DNA of 64,000 bases from Candidatus Nomurabacteria bacterium (GCA_020639315.1 JACKGM010000001.1:374767-438766), one strand, 5' to 3'. Counted from the first letter of the stretch, positions 24,461 to 33,304 are shown. Made by a program: numbers and translations. Notes: generated by a model from the sequence alone, not told the origin.

Positions 24461-25267
24461 TTAGTTAGACTGGATTAGGCTAATAGGTGTATCAAGACTA
24501 ATCAGGGCTCCTAAGAAGTTCTCCAGAAGCCGGGTGTCTTGGCTATCTCCAGGAATTTGATCCCAAAATGAATAGTCAGTCAACCAAACAGTTTGCAAAC
24601 GATTCTCTAGATCCAGCACTATCTCAAGACTTAGTCCTTGATTGTCCAGTAAGTAGGCAAGGTTAAGTATTTGATTGAGCGACTTGAAACGTTGATCTAG
24701 GCTAACACTTATTAGCCGCCTCTGATGATAATAGACTTTTGCAATGCCTAGCTGAAGGATTACCTCAAATCTATCAGTTCTTAGCACTTTTATTAAGTCA
24801 TAGACCTCTTGTAATTGGCGGCTAGTGATTGGGCTAGTTATTTCTAAATCTAGGGTGACTGACTGGTTTGGATTTAAATCTAAGGCCAAATCTTGGAGAT
24901 TCTTTGACCAATTTTGAGTTTCAAGCTGGATAGTTTGAGGATTGATCGATCCCAAGTAGTTGGTATTAGATAGATGATAGGTATTGTTTAGTTTAAGCTT
25001 AGGACAGATTAGAGAGGTCAGGTCTTCGATTTTGTAGGTTGCAATTTGGCTGATTTCATATTCGGGGGTGGACTTAATAGCTAGTGGTTGCTCAGAACAG
25101 TATTTGCTATAAGAGTCATCTATCTGGTATTGGCTGGATTTCTTATCAATTCTGAGCTGGTTACTAAAGTGGTGATAGGTAATAATGACCGATATAGTAC
25201 CGACTGCAAAACCAAACGCGATCAAGCTGGGTAGTAATATATCAGCCCTAAACCTAGGTAATCGCAT
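24461..25267 (-). CDS. N-terminally anchored hypothetical protein (268 aa)
   Basis: TM span LLPSLIAFGFAVGTISVIITY. The start ATG directly follows the stop of the upstream GT2 gene (TAAATG). Confidence 0.5.
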   Translation of the reverse strand: MRLPRFRADILLPSLIAFGFAVGTISVIITYHHFSNQLRIDKKSSQYQIDDSYSKYCSEQPLAIKSTPEYEISQIATYKIEDLTSLICPKLKLNNTYHLSNTNYLGSINPQTIQLETQNWSKNLQDLALDLNPNQSVTLDLEITSPITSRQLQEVYDLIKVLRTDRFEVILQLGIAKVYYHQRRLISVSLDQRFKSLNQILNLAYLLDNQGLSLEIVLDLENRLQTVWLTDYSFWDQIPGDSQDTRLLENFLGALISLDTPISLIQSN

Positions 25268-26500
25268 TTATATCCCTTTCCTCTCCCATTTTTGCCATTG
25301 TAGTTGTCGCTTTCTGATACTCAGATAAACACTTTGCATTAATGCTAGATATTCAACCCAAACCAAAATATAAATCAGTGGCCAGAGATAGATCCAAGAT
25401 AGGCCAAACCTGAGTTTATGTCTAGGTACCTCAAAGATTGCTAGAATAATAAAACCTATCGCAAAGAAACTAATACTAAGAGCTAGCCCCAAAGGATTAC
25501 GCTTGATTACATTATCTATAAAAAAATAACTCAGCGAGATTGGCTCGATCAATAGCTGAAACTCTAGAAGAACTGAACTGGGTAATAGTCCCCAGGTCAA
25601 GAGTTTGTTGTGTTGGGGTTTTCTTGAGAAGAACATTTCACGATATTTGTCAAAAGTTTCAAATCGACCCTTTTTCCAACGAATTCTTTGTTTGACTAGA
25701 CCATAGATACTACTTGCTCCTTCGGTATAGCAAACTACATCACTAGCATACTTACTTCTTAGGCCATGAAATTGTGTTCGAAGTGACATTTCTATGTCCT
25801 CAGTAAGATTTGCGGTGTCAAACTCTCCAAATTGATCAAAAGTCAATGATTTACGGAAGGCTGCACAGGCTCCACCAAAGATATATTCGATACCTAGAAG
25901 TGAATTAGCCTTCTTGGCATAAAAGCCAAAACTGTATTCAAAGTATTGGAGGTAACCAATCAGGCTTTGGTAGTTGGCAATCTCTACTCGTCCTACCAAG
26001 CCTGCCAGCTCAGGGTCTTGGAAATGGATAGAGAGATGATATAAAGCTTGGTCGTCTAGAATTGAGTCCGCATCCATTGTCATAATTATCTCGGAGGTTG
26101 CCAGCTTGAGCCCTTGATTCAGGGCATGACCTTTACCAGCATTGGCTTGATAGTGATAAATAATTTTTTCATCTGGATGCTTTTTGATAAAAGTTTTGAT
26201 AATTTTATCTGAGTCGTCAGTCGATCCGTCATTGATGACTATTATTTCTAGGTTTGGGTAATGGTTGTCGATTACAGACTGAATAGTTTTGGTGATCCCG
26301 ACCGCTTCATTCCAGGCTGGGATGATTACACTGATTGAGACGGGAGGGGAATTGATCTGTTGATAACGTTTTGCTTTCAAGATTTCTTTGAGGTCATAGA
26401 TAGGTGCAATCAGCATTACAAACAAATAGCGGATTAATAGGCTGGCAGTGCCAACAATCACGATTAGTCGGAGGGACTGATAAAGAAAATCAATAATCAA
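25268..26500 (-). CDS. membrane-embedded family-2 glycosyltransferase, processive-synthase type
   Basis: INDGSTDDS, MDADS, TEDIEMSLR and QRIRWKKG (QxxRW), with flanking TM spans. It overlaps the upstream gene by 4 nt. Confidence 0.8.
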   Translation of the reverse strand: MIIDFLYQSLRLIVIVGTASLLIRYLFVMLIAPIYDLKEILKAKRYQQINSPPVSISVIIPAWNEAVGITKTIQSVIDNHYPNLEIIVINDGSTDDSDKIIKTFIKKHPDEKIIYHYQANAGKGHALNQGLKLATSEIIMTMDADSILDDQALYHLSIHFQDPELAGLVGRVEIANYQSLIGYLQYFEYSFGFYAKKANSLLGIEYIFGGACAAFRKSLTFDQFGEFDTANLTEDIEMSLRTQFHGLRSKYASDVVCYTEGASSIYGLVKQRIRWKKGRFETFDKYREMFFSRKPQHNKLLTWGLLPSSVLLEFQLLIEPISLSYFFIDNVIKRNPLGLALSISFFAIGFIILAIFEVPRHKLRFGLSWIYLWPLIYILVWVEYLALMQSVYLSIRKRQLQWQKWERKGI

Positions 26501-27318
26501 GTTGCTTCTCCTGAACCAAACTGGTAGATTTGGATTGGGTTTGAGTCAATAATGATAGATAGGCTGTAGGATTGAGGATTAGTTGAGGGTTGATAAAGAG
26601 TATCAATACGGGTTAGATTGTAGACTTGACGATTTATTTGCTCCGATTGGCCATTCTCTAGAATCAAGGGTGAGCCAAGCTCTAGATTTGTAATCGAATC
26701 TATTGATTCTTGCTCAGCCAAAGTAATAATGGTTTGGTCAGGAGTATGCCAGTAAAGATTTTGCCCATAGTCTAGATAGATTTTATCAAGGGTCACTGGG
26801 TAGGTAACTTTCTCCACAGATAAGGCTAAGGGGTTAATCAAATAAATGCTCGGTCGGCTTTGATCGAAAGTTAGAGTTAGGTTGGGGTTTTTATCAATAA
26901 TCTTTACCCCCTGACTGATTGGTAGATCGATTGCCAAGCTCTTTTCAATACTTGATCCGAAGATCATCAGTGTGACCCCACTAATCAATAGGTAGAAACC
27001 GAGTTGGATTAGTCGCCCAAGACTTAAATGTTGAGTGAAGTTTGTTTTTATTTTTTTTGGCTTATTCTTGTTACTAAAGCCAAGTTTTGGCTTTAGTAGT
27101 CTGGTAAAAGTTTTTACGAAGATATTAAGGATTAGACTAAGCAAGATAAAGCTTAGTAAAATGTCAAGCAATACGCCATGGCTAAGTCTAAGAGTATGGT
27201 AGGTGGAAATCAGATCAGATAACATCAAGGGTGCAGCGGCAACTAATATTAAAAATAGTGCTTGGAGCAAGAATCTCCAGACTAGAGTTACCAAGGATAT
27301 TATAACGTCCTCCTTCAA
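26497..27318 (-). CDS. polytopic/bitopic membrane protein (hypothetical)
   Basis: Three hydrophobic spans, then a ~150-aa soluble part. The start is uncertain: TTG at 27318 has no Shine-Dalgarno, and the ORF overlaps the upstream ORF by 104 nt. Confidence 0.45.
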   Translation of the reverse strand: MKEDVIISLVTLVWRFLLQALFLILVAAAPLMLSDLISTYHTLRLSHGVLLDILLSFILLSLILNIFVKTFTRLLKPKLGFSNKNKPKKIKTNFTQHLSLGRLIQLGFYLLISGVTLMIFGSSIEKSLAIDLPISQGVKIIDKNPNLTLTFDQSRPSIYLINPLALSVEKVTYPVTLDKIYLDYGQNLYWHTPDQTIITLAEQESIDSITNLELGSPLILENGQSEQINRQVYNLTRIDTLYQPSTNPQSYSLSIIIDSNPIQIYQFGSGEAT

Positions 27319-27874
27319 TATCTAGACTCAAGCTACGATTGCTAAGGTTATTTATAGTAAAGCTAGACTGGTTGGGAGCTAGTTGGATTTGGTAAACATT
27401 TAGCATTTGGTTATTTGGGCTAAGGTTCGAAATGTTAAATATGTTCGGCATAGCTTGAGTAGTAGGCAATACTGGCCCAAGAGGATCAACAGTGGTAATA
27501 GGCTCAAGGGGAGGTAAAGGCTGCTCTTCATCAAAGCTAGTCTGGTCGGTAATTGAGGATGTTGACTGGGTAGAGTCATTACTTGGGACACTGGAAGTAG
27601 ATTGGGGATTTGAGCTTGAGCTAGGGTTGGAGTTTTCTGCCGGTTGACTATTAATGATACTAGCCTGGTCGGAATTCGCAGCTTGGGCATTTTGATTGGA
27701 TGGTTTCTGATTATTTGAAGTCTCGATTTTAACAAAGTTTGGCAAATCGGCTAGATCAAAGCGTAACTTGACTGGGCTTCTGATCGCTAGATCTAAGCCA
27801 ATCCCCAATGTGAATAGTAATACCATATGCAGGATTAATTTTCGCTTTTTAAATGTTTTGCTTGGCAACTTCAA
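27215..27874 (-). CDS. secreted/anchored Ser-Pro-Gln-Asn-rich low-complexity protein (hypothetical)
   Basis: AAGGAGG Shine-Dalgarno 5 nt before the TTG start, an N-terminal anchor (LILHMVLLFTLGIGL), and a long S/P/N/Q-rich region. Confidence 0.5.
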   Translation of the reverse strand: MKLPSKTFKKRKLILHMVLLFTLGIGLDLAIRSPVKLRFDLADLPNFVKIETSNNQKPSNQNAQAANSDQASIINSQPAENSNPSSSSNPQSTSSVPSNDSTQSTSSITDQTSFDEEQPLPPLEPITTVDPLGPVLPTTQAMPNIFNISNLSPNNQMLNVYQIQLAPNQSSFTINNLSNRSLSLDIEGGRYNILGNSSLEILAPSTIFNISCRCTLDVI

Positions 27875-27992
27875 TTTGACCTCCTTTGTCCCTCAATTCT
27901 CTTAAGTTTATTATATATGATCCTGTAAGTTTATTATATATGATCCTGGGTTGGTTGGCTAGTGATTATATACCTATAGATTGTGTGAAGTT

Positions 27993-28009
27993 TCGCGAAC
28001 AGTTCGCGA
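27993..28009. promoter_or_regulatory. 17-bp perfect palindrome TCGCGAAC-A-GTTCGCGA (candidate operator), copy 1
   Basis: Exact inverted repeat in the divergent control region between 27874 (-) and 28097 (+). Identical copies occur at 42297-42313 and 42342-42358. Confidence 0.6.
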
Positions 28010-28096
28010 CAACTTGGGGATTATAAATACTGGGCTTGCTATTTTCCCTCAGTAGTTTACAATTAGGTTTGTATCAGTAAAAATAGGAGGGAGAAA

Positions 28097-28333
28097 GTGT
28101 CAGATATTACAACAGGTCAGGTTTTGGGTGTGTCAACAGTATTGGGTGGAGCCGGGGCAGTAGCGATCAACCTAGGAGATAGTGGTTCAGTCCTAGGGGA
28201 TAGTATTACCAGTGGAGTGGGAGTATTGCCTAGTACCGGTGTTGCGATCGGGATTTTGATTGCAGTAGCCGTGGGTTTAATCTTAGCTTTATTGACTGTT
28301 ACTCGCTTGCGCACTAAATCATCAGAGAAGTAA
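28097..28333 (+). CDS. Gly/Ser-rich LPSTG micro-protein (78 aa), paralog of 22374-22601
   Basis: AGGAGGG Shine-Dalgarno with a GTG start. The N-terminus MSDITTGQVLGVSTVLGGAGAV parallels the first micro-protein. The C-terminus has VLPSTG, a TM span and the basic tail RLRTKSSEK. Confidence 0.7.
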   Translation: MSDITTGQVLGVSTVLGGAGAVAINLGDSGSVLGDSITSGVGVLPSTGVAIGILIAVAVGLILALLTVTRLRTKSSEK

Positions 28334-28351
28334 TCAATCGACTGAATTATT

Positions 28352-29713
28352 TTGAGTCTAAATGGGGTATTCGATCTGATTGCTATGATCAACTTCGTGT
28401 TGGTCTTGTTGGGTATTAGCGTATACAGTTATATATTTTTTGCAGCAATTTACTACAACCGATTATATAAAAGTTTGATTAAGGGCCATGATAGATTGGA
28501 TCAGGACAAACAAATTGAGAGTACCAATCAGGTAGAAGCTAGTCCATTTTTATCTGATATAAGGATTAGTACTAATTATCTACCTAGTATTACAATTATC
28601 ATACCTGCCTACAATGAAGAGCAGGTTATTATTCAGTGCCTAAATAGTATTGCCAAGCTAGAATATCAGAAGCTCAAAGTAGTAGTCGTGGATGATGGTT
28701 CGATAGACCAGACGGCAGAACTAGTCCGAGGGTTTATTGATCAGCATCGGCTCAGTCCAAATCCATACCAGATCGACTTTTACTTACTTTGTCAGGCCAA
28801 TCAAGGTAAGGGCGCAGCACTCAATAATGCGATTTTTGATTATACCGATAGTGAGATAGTCGGATGCCTGGATGCTGATAGTGAGATTGATCCTCAAGCT
28901 ATTGCCAATGCCATCAAACACTTCAATCTAGACAATTCAATTATTGCGGTTTCTAGCTATATAGATGTGATCAAGAAGCCAAGTTTGTTTTATTGGCTCC
29001 AAAAGATTGAATATCTGATTGCTTTTGGCCTCAAGAAAGGTGTGACTAGGGCAAACATGGATTATTTATTGCCTGGTCCGGGGTCATTTTTTCTCAGAGA
29101 AAGTATTCTTGAAATCGGAGGCTATGATCATGATACAATTACTGAAGACCTTGGCTTGTCGCTCAAGATCGTAGATTCTGAACTGGAAAATAAAAAGCTG
29201 TATTTTGCCAGTGATGTGATTACTCGGACTGAGCCAGTCTCAAGCTGGCAAGACTTGTATCGCCAAAGAAAACGCTGGATTAGAGGGTGGTTTCAGAACC
29301 TCTTGAGATATCGCAATCTGCTTTTAAGCACCGACAAAAAGCATAGCTGGCAACTGACAGTATTCTACCTTCCCTATCTAGTGATCAGTCAATTTTTTGG
29401 TGTATTTCAGATCAGTATTCTAGTAGTAACGATGGTGATTGGTCTGATTGCTGGTAACCCTTGGATTTTGGTCATCCAGATAGTCTCAATCCAGGCCTTG
29501 GTGCTATATTTTATCTTTAGCGATGTTAATCTTGGGCCCAAATCAGAACGCTGGAAATTAAGCCTTGGATCATTCTCTGTGATCGGGATGCTAGTGGGGC
29601 TGAATCTTTTGCAGGCTGGGATTACGGTCGGAGAATATGGGAGGATGCTCTGGGGAATAGTCAGGCCAGATATCAAAGATTCTGGCAGATGGCAACATGT
29701 CTCCCGGGGGTGA
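28352..29713 (+). CDS. membrane-embedded family-2 glycosyltransferase, processive-synthase type
   Basis: VDDGSIDQT, LDADS, TEDLGLSLK and QRKRWIRGW (QxxRW), with N- and C-terminal TM spans. Confidence 0.8.
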   Translation: MSLNGVFDLIAMINFVLVLLGISVYSYIFFAAIYYNRLYKSLIKGHDRLDQDKQIESTNQVEASPFLSDIRISTNYLPSITIIIPAYNEEQVIIQCLNSIAKLEYQKLKVVVVDDGSIDQTAELVRGFIDQHRLSPNPYQIDFYLLCQANQGKGAALNNAIFDYTDSEIVGCLDADSEIDPQAIANAIKHFNLDNSIIAVSSYIDVIKKPSLFYWLQKIEYLIAFGLKKGVTRANMDYLLPGPGSFFLRESILEIGGYDHDTITEDLGLSLKIVDSELENKKLYFASDVITRTEPVSSWQDLYRQRKRWIRGWFQNLLRYRNLLLSTDKKHSWQLTVFYLPYLVISQFFGVFQISILVVTMVIGLIAGNPWILVIQIVSIQALVLYFIFSDVNLGPKSERWKLSLGSFSVIGMLVGLNLLQAGITVGEYGRMLWGIVRPDIKDSGRWQHVSRG

Positions 29714-29734
29714 GTATGCTATACTAGAGGTAGC

Positions 29735-29811
29735 GGCTGAGTAGCTCAGGTGGTTAGAGCACCAGATTCATAAACTGGAGGTCACAGGTTCAAATCCCGT
29801 CTCAGCTACCA
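29735..29811 (+). tRNA. tRNA with CAU anticodon (Met or Ile2)
   Basis: GGCTGAG TA GCTC AGGTGGTTA GAGC A CCAGA TTCATAA ACTGG ... GGTTCAAATCC ... CTCAGCT A CCA. The fold has a G1:U72 pair and single mismatches in the anticodon and T stems. TGcTATACT at 29717-29725 lies 9 nt upstream. Confidence 0.75.
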
Positions 29812-29851
29812 TTTATCAGTTATTAGTATAGTATATAGCACAAGGAGCAAG

Positions 29852-32278
29852 ATGCAGAAGTATAGTCCGATTGAGCTTGAGAAGAAGTGGCAAAAGATTT
29901 GGGAAGAAACTGAGATCTATCAGACTCCAGTTGATCCCAAAAATCCTTACTATTGCTTGGTGATGTTTCCGTACCCCAGTGGAAACTTACATGTTGGACA
30001 TTGGTATAATTTTGCCTTGGCTGATAGCCTGGCAAGATACAAAAAAATGCAAGGGTATGATTTACTGAGTCCGATTGGATTTGATTCTTTTGGTCTTCCT
30101 GCTGAGAATGCTGCTATCAAACGGGGTCTAGCAGCTGATCAATGGACTGCCGATAATATCTCCCAGATGAAGGTTCAGCTTAAGTCGATCGGAGCTATCT
30201 ATGACTGGGATCGAACTCTATCTACCTCAGACCCCGAATACTACCACTGGACCCAATGGCTATTTTTACAGTTTTATCAATCAGGTCAAGCTTACCAGTC
30301 AGAAGCCTTGGTCAACTGGGATCCGGTCGATCAAACTGTACTTGCCAACGAGCAAGTTGTAGACGGTAGAGGTGAACGCTCGGGGGCATTGGTCGAGAAG
30401 AAAAGACTCAAACAATGGTTTTTTAGAATTACTGATTATGCCGATGAGCTACTCGATCAGCTAGACAATCTAGATTGGCATGACAATATCAAGCAGATGC
30501 AGCGTAACTGGATTGGTAAGAGTCAGGGTAGTCAACTTGGTTTTGCCGTCAAGGGTAAGGATCTAATGATTGAAGTGTTTACTACTCGAATCGATACCTT
30601 GGCTGGGGCAACATTTTTGGTCTTAGCTCCCGAGCATGATTTGGTTGAAAAGATAGTGGAAGATCAGTATCGGGCAAAGGTCAAAGATTATCAGAAACAA
30701 GTAGCCAGTATGACCAATCTCGATCGAATTCAATCGGATAATAAAGATGGAGTATTTACCGGGGCTTATGCAGTCAATCCCTTGACCAATCAAAGGATGC
30801 CAGTCTATATTGCTGAGTATGTTTTACCCGAATATGGCACAGGCGCGATTATGGCAGTACCTGCCCATGATCAGAGAGATCACCAGTTTGCTACTAAGCA
30901 CGGATTAGAGATTATTGAAGTGATTGATTCGGGCGGGGCTGGGGTAGAGGAGCAGGCCTATGAGGATGAGGGTTTGCTGATTAACTCTGAGCGATTTAAC
31001 GGTCTTGCTAAAGAGGAAGCCAAACGAGCCATTACTCAGTATCTGGCTGATACCAATCGTGCAAAGCTGGTTACTAACTATCGCTTGAAAGATTGGCTAA
31101 TTTCTCGCCAAAGATATTGGGGTTGCCCGATTCCGATCATCTACTGTGACAAATGTGGGGTAGTGCCAGTACCAGAAGAGGATTTGCCAGTGATTTTACC
31201 ACTTGAGCAAGAATTTGATAATGCTGCCGATTCACCGTTGAAGCGCCACCCAGATTATCTTAAACTTAACTGTCCAGCCTGTGGCGACAGTAATGCTAGG
31301 CGAGAAACTGACACTCTGGATACTTTTGTCGATTCGAGTTGGTATTTCTTAAGATATACTGACAACCATAACTCTCAGCAACCGTTCAATCAAGATAAAG
31401 TCAATCAGTGGATGCCAGTTGGGCATTATATCGGGGGGATTGAACATGCGGTAATGCACCTACTTTATGCTCGGTATTTCACTAAGGCATTGGCAGACCT
31501 AGGTCTTTTAGAATTTCGTGAGCCATTTAAGAGATTGACCAATCAAGGAACTATTCTTGGCCCCGATGGTCAAAAGATGAGCAAATCCAAAGGCAATGTA
31601 GTTGATCCCGATCAATATGTCAGCCAGTATGGGTCAGATAGCGTTCGTACTTACTTGATGTTCTTGGGGCCATTTAGCCAAGGTGGTCCTTGGGATGATT
31701 CGAGATTTGAGGGTATTACTAGATTTTTGACTAGACTTTATAGTCTGGTAGTCGATCCCTATGAACCAGGTGATTTTGAAGCTGATCAAGAGATGGAAAT
31801 GGTTCAGAAGCTACATGCTACGATTAAAAAACTAGGTCAAGATCTAGAGGAACTGAAATTTAATACAGCTGTAGCTAGCTTGATGGAGCTGGTTAGCTTG
31901 ATGCAGGACAAGAAGAATCAAGGGGTAATCTCGAATGATGTTTGGCATCAGAGTCTCAAGTATCTGAGCCTAATCTTGGCGCCAATCACTCCACACTTGG
32001 CTGAAGAGTTTTGGCAACACTTAGGAGAAGAGCAGAGCGTCCATCTCCAGGGTTGGCCAGCCTATGACCCTGAAGTGATTGAGCAAACAGAGCTAACCAT
32101 TCCGATTCAAATCAATGGCAAGAAGCGCTCAGAGATTTTGGTTGCCCAGGGGCTAGATCGTGAAGAGGTGACGAGGTTGGTACTCGATAATGCTCGAGTC
32201 CAGCAATTGCTTGAGGGGAGAGAACCGGATAAAATTATTGTCGTACCGGATAGGATTGTAAATATTGTGTTGGATTAA
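29852..32278 (+). CDS. leuS: leucine--tRNA ligase
   Basis: HIGH-type motif PSGNLHVGH, KMSKS, a CP1 editing region and zinc-finger cysteines. 808 aa. Confidence 0.95.
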   Translation: MQKYSPIELEKKWQKIWEETEIYQTPVDPKNPYYCLVMFPYPSGNLHVGHWYNFALADSLARYKKMQGYDLLSPIGFDSFGLPAENAAIKRGLAADQWTADNISQMKVQLKSIGAIYDWDRTLSTSDPEYYHWTQWLFLQFYQSGQAYQSEALVNWDPVDQTVLANEQVVDGRGERSGALVEKKRLKQWFFRITDYADELLDQLDNLDWHDNIKQMQRNWIGKSQGSQLGFAVKGKDLMIEVFTTRIDTLAGATFLVLAPEHDLVEKIVEDQYRAKVKDYQKQVASMTNLDRIQSDNKDGVFTGAYAVNPLTNQRMPVYIAEYVLPEYGTGAIMAVPAHDQRDHQFATKHGLEIIEVIDSGGAGVEEQAYEDEGLLINSERFNGLAKEEAKRAITQYLADTNRAKLVTNYRLKDWLISRQRYWGCPIPIIYCDKCGVVPVPEEDLPVILPLEQEFDNAADSPLKRHPDYLKLNCPACGDSNARRETDTLDTFVDSSWYFLRYTDNHNSQQPFNQDKVNQWMPVGHYIGGIEHAVMHLLYARYFTKALADLGLLEFREPFKRLTNQGTILGPDGQKMSKSKGNVVDPDQYVSQYGSDSVRTYLMFLGPFSQGGPWDDSRFEGITRFLTRLYSLVVDPYEPGDFEADQEMEMVQKLHATIKKLGQDLEELKFNTAVASLMELVSLMQDKKNQGVISNDVWHQSLKYLSLILAPITPHLAEEFWQHLGEEQSVHLQGWPAYDPEVIEQTELTIPIQINGKKRSEILVAQGLDREEVTRLVLDNARVQQLLEGREPDKIIVVPDRIVNIVLD

Positions 32279-32285
32279 GTGACTT

Positions 32286-32510
32286 GTCATCCTCCGAAAC
32301 CCCGCCCTCTCCTGTCATCCTCCGAAACCCGTCCCTTGTCTTGTCACCCTCCGAAACCCGAAGGGTTTACGGGGGATCCAGTATCCCTGTATTTACAGGT
32401 ATCCAATTCAAATATTGGATCTCCGGTATTACCCTCCGGGTAATCCAAAGATGACCCAACTCCTGTCATCCTCCGAATCCTCATAGAGGATTACGGGGGA
32501 TCCAGTATTC
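32286..32510. repeat. REP/BIME-like hairpin-repeat cluster 3
   Basis: Begins 8 nt after the leuS stop. Half units have GTC at 32286 and 32314. Full units are at 32343-32381 and 32465-32505, with an inverted unit at about 32415-32455. Confidence 0.9.
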
Positions 32511-32519
32511 GGTATTGTA

Positions 32520-32566
32520 TTGAGGGGTCTATAGCTGAAGGAACTCCAGTTTTAATTTTGGGCTAA
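32520..32566 (+). repeat. 47-nt conserved element, copy 2
   Basis: 45 of 47 positions identical to 22225-22271. Confidence 0.8.
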
Positions 32567-32583
32567 GATTGCAGGGCATTTGA

Positions 32584-32612
32584 TTGAAAAAATAATAAAT
32601 CAGTGTTAGAAT
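32584..32612 (+). promoter_or_regulatory. sigma70-type promoter (TTGAAA-17-TAGAAT) of the rpmF-nusB operon
   Basis: TTGAAA at 32584-32589 and TAGAAT at 32607-32612. Confidence 0.55.
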
Positions 32613-32649
32613 AGATAAAAGGTTATAAAACAGGAAAGAAAGGTAGGAT

Positions 32650-32814
32650 ATGGCTGTACCAAAAAAACAATCATCTAGATCAAAAGTTCGCAGAAGGCGT
32701 TCACATCAGGCGATCAAGCCTGAAGGACTAATTGTCGAGCCAAGAACAGGTCAAGCTGTGCCAAGACGGTTATTTCGAGCAATCAATCTGGGTCTTGTCA
32801 AACTCAAAAAATAG
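32650..32814 (+). CDS. rpmF: 50S ribosomal protein L32 (54 aa; below the ORF-track size cutoff)
   Basis: My own translation is MAVPKKQSSRSKVRRRRSHQAIKPEGL..., the typical L32 N-terminus (MAVPKxKxSxSxxxxRRSH). An AGGTAGG-like Shine-Dalgarno lies upstream. Confidence 0.85.
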   Translation: MAVPKKQSSRSKVRRRRSHQAIKPEGLIVEPRTGQAVPRRLFRAINLGLVKLKK

Positions 32815-32827
32815 AGCATTATAGTAG

Positions 32828-33304
32828 ATGGCTTCAAATCGACATCTAGCAAGGATAGTAGCAATGCAAGCTTTGTTTGAGTTATCTTTTAATATTGAGA
32901 TTGGCATAACAAGTCCAGAGGACAAACTAGCAAAAGAAGCTATCATAGATAGGTCGATAGAAATCTACGGGATGTCAGTCAAGGACCAAGAGTTTTGTCG
33001 AGAGCTTTACTATGGTAGTATTGAAAACCTCGATGCATTAGACCAGATCATCGCGCCAGCCGCCCCAGAGTGGCCGATTGCTCAGATCTCCAAGGTAGAT
33101 TTGGCAGTTTTGAGGCTCAGCGTATTTGAGTTAACCATTTATGATCAGGTTACGCCATACAAAGTAATCATCAATGAGGCAGTGGAAGTGGCAAAATCTT
33201 TTGGGGGAGATAATTCATCCAAGTTTGTCAACGGAGTACTGGCCACAGTATATAAAGAACAAGTAGAATCAAGGGGAGAAGAAAACAATGTCAAGACCAA
33301 TTAA
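32828..33304 (+). CDS. nusB: transcription antitermination factor NusB
   Basis: RHLARIVAMQALFE, ..DLAVLRLSVFEL.., and INEAVEVAKSFGG..SSKFVNGVL. Confidence 0.85.
   Translation: MASNRHLARIVAMQALFELSFNIEIGITSPEDKLAKEAIIDRSIEIYGMSVKDQEFCRELYYGSIENLDALDQIIAPAAPEWPIAQISKVDLAVLRLSVFELTIYDQVTPYKVIINEAVEVAKSFGGDNSSKFVNGVLATVYKEQVESRGEENNVKTN

Noticed and set aside
29812-29851. T-box or other riboswitch leaders upstream of the three aminoacyl-tRNA synthetase genes (alaS, leuS, glyQS).
   Set aside because: The available upstream spaces are 7-40 nt: alaS and glyQS appear leaderless, and leuS starts 40 nt after a tRNA. That is far too short for a T-box or similar leader.
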